Shown here: positions 14,223 to 18,940 of the stretch, piece after piece | Layout of the letters: each line of letters starts with the position of its first letter | How positions within the stretch are numbered: the stretch's first letter is position 1 | IMG/VR virus record: IMGVR_UViG_3300011155_000013 | Location: 1 to 18,940 of that record | Source: a virus | Lineage: Duplodnaviria; Heunggongvirae; Uroviricota; Caudoviricetes | Length of the DNA stretch: 18,940 bases | Reading direction: 5' to 3' (one strand) | Notes under the pieces: generated by a model | Database searches by the model: none | What the model saw: the letters and a program-made list of their open reading frames with translations, nothing else | What the model was told of the DNA's origin: nothing | Made by a program: the position numbers and the translations under genes

Positions 14223-14596
14223 GACAGCAGCTCCTGTGGCACCTGCACCGTGTCGCCGAGCTCGAACTGAACGACTACCCGGCAGGCGGCGATGAGGTAG
14301 TCCTTGCCGCGGCCCTCGATCAGCGGGCCGGGGTCGTTCACGTCGTTGTTCAGGTAGGCGACGATCTCGCCAGTTGTGGTGGTCTGAAGGTCGGGGCGGT
14401 ACTTGGCGATCAGCGGGCCGCACTGGTCCCAGTTGGATGAGGGGGCATAAACCCCCATCATCCAGGGGATATGGAAGCCCTCCGGGAAGGTGACGATGTG
14501 CCCAGGCTCATCCACTGCGCCTATTGCTCGCTTTACCGCCCAATCCAGCGCCCCGCCTTTCAATTCGGCGGTCTTCACTTCGGTCATTTGGGTCAT
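14219..14596 (-). CDS. DUF2591/NinX-like phage protein, copy 1, 125 aa
   Basis: 'VKTAELKGGALDWAV', 'YAPSSNWDQCGPLI', 'YLIAACRVVVQFELGDTVQVPQELLS'; start at ATG 14596. Confidence 0.85.
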   Translation of the reverse strand: MTQMTEVKTAELKGGALDWAVKRAIGAVDEPGHIVTFPEGFHIPWMMGVYAPSSNWDQCGPLIAKYRPDLQTTTTGEIVAYLNNDVNDPGPLIEGRGKDYLIAACRVVVQFELGDTVQVPQELLS

Positions 14597-15150
14597 TGGC
14601 ACTTCCCCTTGCATCCCATGCGCTCGCAGCCGCCGGGGAATCCGTCCTTGTCGCAGCCGTCTGGGTAGTCGGGACCTTCGCTTTCCAGCAACGGCCGCGC
14701 CGCCACCAGCGCGTCATTGAGCAGCCCGACGTCCGCCGGCACCTTGGCCAGGTACGGCAGCAGCTGGTCGAGCGAGGCGACGCAGAGGGTGAGCGCCTGT
14801 TCGAGCTCGAAGGCTCGGGTGGCTTCGGCGCAGGCGCGCTTTTGCCAGGTGTTGGCGTCATCGCGCAGATCGTCGTTTAGTTTTTCCAGGTCTCGGCAGG
14901 ATGCTTTCAACTGGCTGTTCTCGCCTGCCAGCGTCGCGTCATCCGCATATCCTGCGTTGAGCATCGCCATGAAGTCGTCGCGGTAGGCGTCCTTGATCCG
15001 GTCGGCGAGTGCCGGTAGTTGGTGGGTGAAGACCGCCATTTCCAGCCTGCGCTCGACGTCGGCGTGGAAGTCGCCGAAGTCCTGACAGCACTGGATGCCG
15101 GTGAACCCGGTGATGATCAGCGCCTGCTCTTTCGTAAGGGGTGTGCTCAT
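14593..15150 (-). CDS. Hypothetical modular protein with central coiled coil and Cys-rich tail, 185 aa
   Basis: Start moved to ATG 15150 (MSTPLTKEQALIITGFTG...), downstream of the box and CAGGAA. Confidence 0.75.
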   Translation of the reverse strand: MSTPLTKEQALIITGFTGIQCCQDFGDFHADVERRLEMAVFTHQLPALADRIKDAYRDDFMAMLNAGYADDATLAGENSQLKASCRDLEKLNDDLRDDANTWQKRACAEATRAFELEQALTLCVASLDQLLPYLAKVPADVGLLNDALVAARPLLESEGPDYPDGCDKDGFPGGCERMGCKGKCQ

Positions 15151-15160
15151 CTTCTTGTTC

Positions 15161-15172
15161 CTGTATTTACAG
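15161..15172. promoter_or_regulatory. 12-bp palindromic box
   Basis: CTGTATTTACAG in a 26-bp junction. Confidence 0.7.
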
Positions 15173-15176
15173 TTGA

Positions 15177-15563
15177 TTACGCCGCAAGCGGCTTGGTATG
15201 CGAGCAGTGTTGGCACTGCCATCCGCTCTCGGTCATCACCATCGGCTTGTAGTGGCACTTGGGAACCTGACCGAAGACGAATGGCTGGCCCGGGAGGATG
15301 CCCAGGGCGTCAGTGGTCCGCTGGACGATGTTCAGCGCGCACTGGATGACCGCTTTGTCATCTGGTAGCCGGGCCAGCGCCTTCATTTTGGGCTGTTGCT
15401 CCCGCATCACCTTTCCGGCGAGGCGGTGGGCCGCGGCCCGGACGGCTGCCGCAGTGCCGTGTTCGCGGAGGACAAGTGCCATGACCAGGACGGTGTCGAC
15501 GCTGTTGAGCTGCATTGAGGCGGTGCGGAGCTTCCAGGTCGGGATGTTGAGGACGTTCATCAT
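15177..15563 (-). CDS. Hypothetical Pseudomonas-phage-type protein with C-terminal Cys/His motif, about 128 aa
   Basis: 'HGTAAAVRAAAHR'; 'KCHYKP...WQCQHCSH'. Confidence 0.75.
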   Translation of the reverse strand: MMNVLNIPTWKLRTASMQLNSVDTVLVMALVLREHGTAAAVRAAAHRLAGKVMREQQPKMKALARLPDDKAVIQCALNIVQRTTDALGILPGQPFVFGQVPKCHYKPMVMTESGWQCQHCSHTKPLAA

Positions 15564-15592
15564 TTGCCTCGGCCGTCGGGTTTTCTCATCAT
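15560..15592 (-). CDS. 10-aa bridging mini-ORF MMRKPDGRGK
   Basis: ATGA overlap with the upstream stop (15589-15591) and with the downstream start (15563). Confidence 0.4.
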   Translation of the reverse strand: MMRKPDGRGK

Positions 15593-15840
15593 CTTCTGTT
15601 CATCCTTCGGTTGTAGTCCTCGGCCAGCTCCTCGACGTCGTGCCCGGCCAGCTCTTCCGCGGTGAAGACCTTCTGGAAGTGCTCGGGCTTGAAGTGCACG
15701 GTCGCGCCTGGGGTGTAGAGCAGGTGGTAGGTTCCCGCCTTGGCGTGTTGCCGTTGCTGGGCGGTGACGTCGCGGTAGAGGCAGTTGTTGAGGAGGGCGG
15801 CTTGCAGGCGGTGGAGGTCGAGGTGGATCACTTCGCGCAC
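15589..15840 (-). CDS. Hypothetical protein, 83 aa
   Basis: GTG start; co-oriented. Confidence 0.65.
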   Translation of the reverse strand: MREVIHLDLHRLQAALLNNCLYRDVTAQQRQHAKAGTYHLLYTPGATVHFKPEHFQKVFTAEELAGHDVEELAEDYNRRMNRR

Positions 15841-16160
15841 CTTTTCGCCATCTCGATGCCAGCCCGGAGGATTGCCCGGCGGGTGGCAGCGTGTGGGTCC
15901 CCGCCATGTGGCTCCATCACGCCCAGCGGCTGCACCGCGGTGTAGTCATCGCCTATATCGAGAGGGAGCCGCAGGTCTACTGCCAGCTTGAGAGCCTGTT
16001 CTCCGTCCCGCTCCGGCTCCCAGGCAAACGACAGGCAGCTCTCAGGCCCTTGGCCCGGGTGCTTGACGATGAGCTTGTTGCCGCGAGATGACCAACAGAC
16101 GGGCTGAAGCCCGACAAATTTGGCGACCAGTAGCAGGTCTTTTCTGGTGATCGTGGTCAT
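15828..16160 (-). CDS. Conserved Pseudomonas-phage-type hypothetical protein, 110 aa
   Basis: ATG 16160 in ATGA overlap; 'WEPERDGEQALKLAV.L', 'ATRRAILRA'. Confidence 0.8.
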   Translation of the reverse strand: MTTITRKDLLLVAKFVGLQPVCWSSRGNKLIVKHPGQGPESCLSFAWEPERDGEQALKLAVDLRLPLDIGDDYTAVQPLGVMEPHGGDPHAATRRAILRAGIEMAKRCAK

Positions 16161-16511
16161 AATTTGACATCCCCTGAGACCGTTCTGACGTTGCCCATTA
16201 CCTGCTTGCATGTCACATCGCCGCTGACGGTGCGGACTTCGCCGGCGACGTCACCACAGCGAATGTCACCGCTGGTGGTGGTCACGTCGTGGCAGTCGCC
16301 GGTTACCGTTACGTCGCCGCTAGCGGTGGTCAGCTGTTCCACATCACCATGCACCGTGACGCTGATCGGGCCGACAAGTGACCCCTCCTGCCTGACTCCG
16401 TTGACAATCACCAGGTCGTCGATGATCTCTACGTGCCGGCCGCGGAAGGACTTTCCGTCGATCGTTACGCTGCCGGTGGTTTTGAATAGGGCTCGCAGTC
16501 GTTTTGATCAT
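16157..16511 (-). pseudogene. Beta-solenoid (DUF4097-like T.SGDV repeats) gene with an apparent 1-nt frameshift near its start
   Basis: The coupled ATG 16511 is out of frame with the repeat-bearing frame (open 16507-16157). Removing one base from the run at 16502-16505 gives MIKRLRALFKTTGSVTIDGKSFRGRHVEII...SGDVKL. Confidence 0.65.
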
Positions 16512-16828
16512 TCGATCGTCACTCCCTTGCTCCTGACAGCCTCTCTGCACCGGTTCAGCATGCCCATCTCGGCGCCGATCACTGCCTCTGTCATCTCCAG
16601 CTCGTCGATGTCCATATCGTCGTGATCTGCAGGGTCAGGCCACTCCGGCGCCGGCGGCAGCTTGATGACCAGGGCGGCGCGGGAGCGGTGCCAGCCAATC
16701 CACATGAAGTTGACATACTCACAGAGGTAGCTGCCGCTCGCTTCGTCCCACGACGTGTCCTTCGCCCACGGGGCGATAGGGGAGGTGGCGAGGTCTTCCT
16801 CGAACTCCTTCCTCAGTTCCTCGGTCAT
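16508..16828 (-). CDS. Hypothetical phage protein, 106 aa
   Basis: ATG 16828 in ATGA overlap; 'MWIGWHRSRAALVIKLP'. Confidence 0.8.
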   Translation of the reverse strand: MTEELRKEFEEDLATSPIAPWAKDTSWDEASGSYLCEYVNFMWIGWHRSRAALVIKLPPAPEWPDPADHDDMDIDELEMTEAVIGAEMGMLNRCREAVRSKGVTIE

Positions 16829-17052
16829 TTGGCACGCTCCATGAACTTGGCGTAGCTGATCCGGCCGTCGGGGTTCCACCCGGCGTTGAGTGCTTTGCGA
16901 GTCTCGGCGCGGAAGGCGTCCTGCTCGGCGGCGGTGACCTCGGTGAAGCCTTCGTTGAGGGTCCGCTCCACGTCCTTGGCGACTGCTCGGCCCCCGCCGG
17001 CGTGGATACGGCACATGCGGGTTTTGTGGTTGACGAAGTAGCTGGTTTTCAC
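16825..17052 (-). CDS. Hypothetical phage protein, 75 aa
   Basis: GGAGG RBS; GTG 17052 in GTGA overlap. Confidence 0.75.
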   Translation of the reverse strand: MKTSYFVNHKTRMCRIHAGGGRAVAKDVERTLNEGFTEVTAAEQDAFRAETRKALNAGWNPDGRISYAKFMERAK

Positions 17053-17420
17053 TTGGCACCTCCCTCGTGCACGACACACTCGAACGCGGCGTATTTGCCC
17101 TGGTACCGCAGGTGGTAGAAGCGCTCGATCAGGTCATGGCCGCCGACCATGCCCTTCTCGTCAGTCCAGAGGTATCCGGTCATCTCGCTGTAGCACGGGC
17201 AGAGGCTTCCGTCTGCAGCGCCGTGGAGCACCTCGATCAGATGTAGGTCAGCCTGCTCGAGCGTCACCGGTACGTCGCTGATGTAGTAGCGCACCGTGAC
17301 CCGGAGCCCTTCGAGGCTGGTCAGCATGCCTGACAGCGACACGCCAGCAATGGCCACCAGGTCATCGGCCTCGCCGTAACTGGCTGTGCCGATTCGGCCT
17401 TCAAGCAGGATTCGGGTCAT
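17049..17420 (-). CDS. Conserved hypothetical phage protein, 123 aa
   Basis: GAGGT RBS; 'YSEMTGYLWTDE..VGGHDLI'. Confidence 0.8.
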   Translation of the reverse strand: MTRILLEGRIGTASYGEADDLVAIAGVSLSGMLTSLEGLRVTVRYYISDVPVTLEQADLHLIEVLHGAADGSLCPCYSEMTGYLWTDEKGMVGGHDLIERFYHLRYQGKYAAFECVVHEGGAK

Positions 17421-17707
17421 TTCCCTTCACCTCTCGCAGCGATCATTGCGTCGGCCTCGCCCACCTCCAGCACGCACCACACCGTCCAGCCCTCAGCCCG
17501 GGCCGCTTTCTTGGCCTCGATCTCGGCTTCCAGGCGGCTGAGCGTCTTGATCGTCTTCTCGAAGCGCTTGATGGTCCCGCCATCACGGCGCACTGACAGC
17601 GCCACGGTGATCGCCGGTCGTTCCTGTCTCTCGATCAGCTGCTTGGCCTTCACTCCAGGCCCGAACAACGCCCGGCGCATCTCCTGCTCAACGATTGCTA
17701 CGTTCAT
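17417..17707 (-). CDS. Hypothetical phage protein, 96 aa
   Basis: AAGGAG RBS after an AT-rich control region. Confidence 0.8.
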   Translation of the reverse strand: MNVAIVEQEMRRALFGPGVKAKQLIERQERPAITVALSVRRDGGTIKRFEKTIKTLSRLEAEIEAKKAARAEGWTVWCVLEVGEADAMIAARGEGK

Positions 17708-17718
17708 GTGAACTCCTT

Positions 17719-17747
17719 CTGTATTCTAATATTTGTTTATTTACAGG
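17719..17747. promoter_or_regulatory. Compound degenerate boxes
   Basis: CTGTATT half-site (17719-17725) and GTTTATTTACAG (17735-17746, 10/12); 21/29 identical to 2371-2399. Confidence 0.5.
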
Positions 17748-17769
17748 TTGCTGGATAGAACCTTACCGC

Positions 17770-17797
17770 GACGGGTCGGCTATTCTGCCGACCCGTC
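17770..17797. terminator. GC-rich 11-bp hairpin (terminator or RNA processing/stability element; polarity unclear)
   Basis: GACGGGTCGGC-TATTCT-GCCGACCCGTC; no U-tract on the minus strand, weak CTTATT on the plus strand. Confidence 0.55.
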
Positions 17798-17804
17798 CTT
17801 ATTG

Positions 17805-17816
17805 CTGTAAATACCG
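17805..17816. promoter_or_regulatory. Near-consensus 12-bp box
   Basis: CTGTAAATACCG (11/12), intergenic. Confidence 0.55.
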
Positions 17817-17844
17817 GGCTTTCGTTTGCCGGGTTCCGTTGGCG

Positions 17845-18940
17845 CTAGTCCTCATCCTCGTCCGCCGCCACACCCTTCCGCCCGCGCCACTCCTCAGCCA
17901 CCCGACAACCTCGCACCCGCATCAGCCGCTTCACCCGCTCGCCGCGCTTCTCCATCAGCTCTTCCATCGGCTTCAGGCGGGCCTCGAGCAGGCGCAGCTC
18001 CTTGATCAGCACGCCCCTTCGGGACTCCTTCTCCAACTCCGCGACGCCCACCAGATCAGCCAGTTCCCCTACGGTCGCGCTGGTCAGGTAGGTGACGCCG
18101 CGGCGCTCCAGGTCCTTCTCGGCATAGCGGACGTACGCCGCCGGCGACACACCAGACAGCGTCGCCAGGGCGAACAGGGTCTCAGCCCCGATGTAGGCGT
18201 GGCCTGTGCCCAACGCGCTTATGATCATTCGGCAGGTGAGCGCCATCAGGTCGTCGTCGGGGTCGGCAGTCGATATACCATCGTCGAGCACCCCCAGTCC
18301 CAGGTCCCAGACGCCACGCACCACGCGCTCCGCGGCGCCTTCGTACGGTATGTCGCCGTCCTCGATCATCTGTGCCACGTCAGGGGCGACACCTCTCACC
18401 TCCGCAGCCAGCTCACGCAGCCGTTCCAGCACTCCGTCCCGGACCTCGATCAGGCGCTTGGCCAGGTCGTCCTCGTACAGCGTGGACCTCAAAACTGCGT
18501 GGGTCAGGGGCAGCGTTCCTTCCGGTCCGGCCAGGTCCAGGGCCAGCGATTGGCGCACGCTGTAGCCCGTCCTTTTGCTGCGCTCAGGTAACCGGTGGAA
18601 GGGCGGCAGCCCGCCGTCCTGCACTTCGCCATAGCCGACGTGGGCCAGCGCCGGGGCCAGCAATTGGCCGTCGTATTCCATGCCTGCGCCTGCCAGGAAT
18701 CGTGCAACGGCGCGGTCGACGCTGTTGTAGCTGCCCAGCAGCAGGTTGCAGGACAGGCGAGGGCTGACCGATCGCATGTCCTCGGGGAACAGGGCGGTGC
18801 AGCGCATGGCGATCTGCATCAGGCGGCGGGAGCAGTGGTAGATGGTGACCTCGCCGGGGTTGTAGACGGGGGGTTCGCCCCCATCCTGTTGGTCGCCGTC
18901 AGCGCCGGCCTCTGTGGAAGTGTCGTCCTCGGCCTGTTGG
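17845..18940 (-). CDS. Large hypothetical protein, >364 aa, 5'-truncated by window
   Basis: I read the frame of the track's 324-aa ORF as open to the window edge (QQAEDDTSTEAGADGDQQDGGEPPVYNPGEVTIYHCSRRL-MQIAMR...), so ATG 18819 is probably internal. Confidence 0.8.
   Translation of the reverse strand, partial: QQAEDDTSTEAGADGDQQDGGEPPVYNPGEVTIYHCSRRLMQIAMRCTALFPEDMRSVSPRLSCNLLLGSYNSVDRAVARFLAGAGMEYDGQLLAPALAHVGYGEVQDGGLPPFHRLPERSKRTGYSVRQSLALDLAGPEGTLPLTHAVLRSTLYEDDLAKRLIEVRDGVLERLRELAAEVRGVAPDVAQMIEDGDIPYEGAAERVVRGVWDLGLGVLDDGISTADPDDDLMALTCRMIISALGTGHAYIGAETLFALATLSGVSPAAYVRYAEKDLERRGVTYLTSATVGELADLVGVAELEKESRRGVLIKELRLLEARLKPMEELMEKRGERVKRLMRVRGCRVAEEWRGRKGVAADEDED

Larger units (their letters stand above)
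500..18940. mobile_element. Left end of a lepA-integrated prophage or prophage-like element (int, xis, long leftward early/accessory arm); continues beyond window
   Basis: lepA interrupted, integrase and Xis next to the junction, about 44 co-oriented phage-type small ORFs with ATGA/GTGA/TGATG coupling. No capsid, replication or conjugation gene is visible, so the element class is inferred. Confidence 0.85.

Noticed and set aside
5939-15172. 12-bp boxes as LexA/SOS boxes
   Set aside because: The gammaproteobacterial LexA site is CTGT-N8-ACAG (16 bp). These have a 4-bp spacer, and I found no CTG-N10-CAG in these junctions.
9962-17060. Recurrent G(A)GGTGCC just upstream of several starts (9961, 13592, 17052; variants at 14596, 16828)
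   Set aside because: Explained by an extended Shine-Dalgarno (GAGGTG) encoded in EV-type C-termini, which is common in phage operons.
645-17077. Long upstream extensions in the ORF track (645, 5955, 12309, 13275, 13655, 13923, 14423, 15258, 16211, 17077)
   Set aside because: They overlap neighbouring genes; downstream starts have RBSs or stop/start coupling and family-like N-termini.
2371-17816. CRISPR array or integron attC-like cassette array
   Set aside because: The repeats are only 12 bp, separated by multi-gene blocks of 1.3-4 kb, with no regular spacers, cas genes or RYYYAAC/GTTRRRY ends.
2162-18767. Plus-strand ORFs in the track (e.g. 5263-6036, 7942-8535, 10247-10999, 17695-18591)
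   Set aside because: They are antisense shadows of coupled, RBS-bearing minus-strand genes in GC-rich DNA, with no recognisable motifs.
18868-18882. Possible frameshift at G6/C5 runs near the right edge
   Set aside because: Manual translation keeps the minus-strand frame open through both runs to 18939.

Overview
The left 0.5 kb is Pseudomonadaceae core chromosome: the 3' end of mucD, its terminator, and the first 16 codons of lepA, which break off at 499. Everything from about 500 to the window edge is the left end of an integrated element, most likely a large prophage inserted in the 5' end of lepA. It has attL-side arm-type repeats, a tyrosine integrase (+ strand) and a convergent excisionase. 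Beyond these lies a continuous minus-strand arm of at least 17 kb with about 44 mostly small, tightly coupled genes. Recognisable products are ArdA with a Zn-finger insertion, an Nmad5-like protein, DUF3768, a DUF5983-like protein and two tandem DUF2591/NinX paralogues; most others are unknown and many are strongly acidic. No structural, replication or conjugation genes lie in the window. The main non-coding signal is a 12-bp palindrome, CTGTAWWTACAG. It has five exact copies, all in short gene junctions just upstream of ribosome-binding sites (including that of ardA), plus degenerate or compound copies at three further junctions, suggesting an element-specific regulon. All family names come from motif recognition by eye, not database searches. 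Several starts are revised relative to the ORF track.
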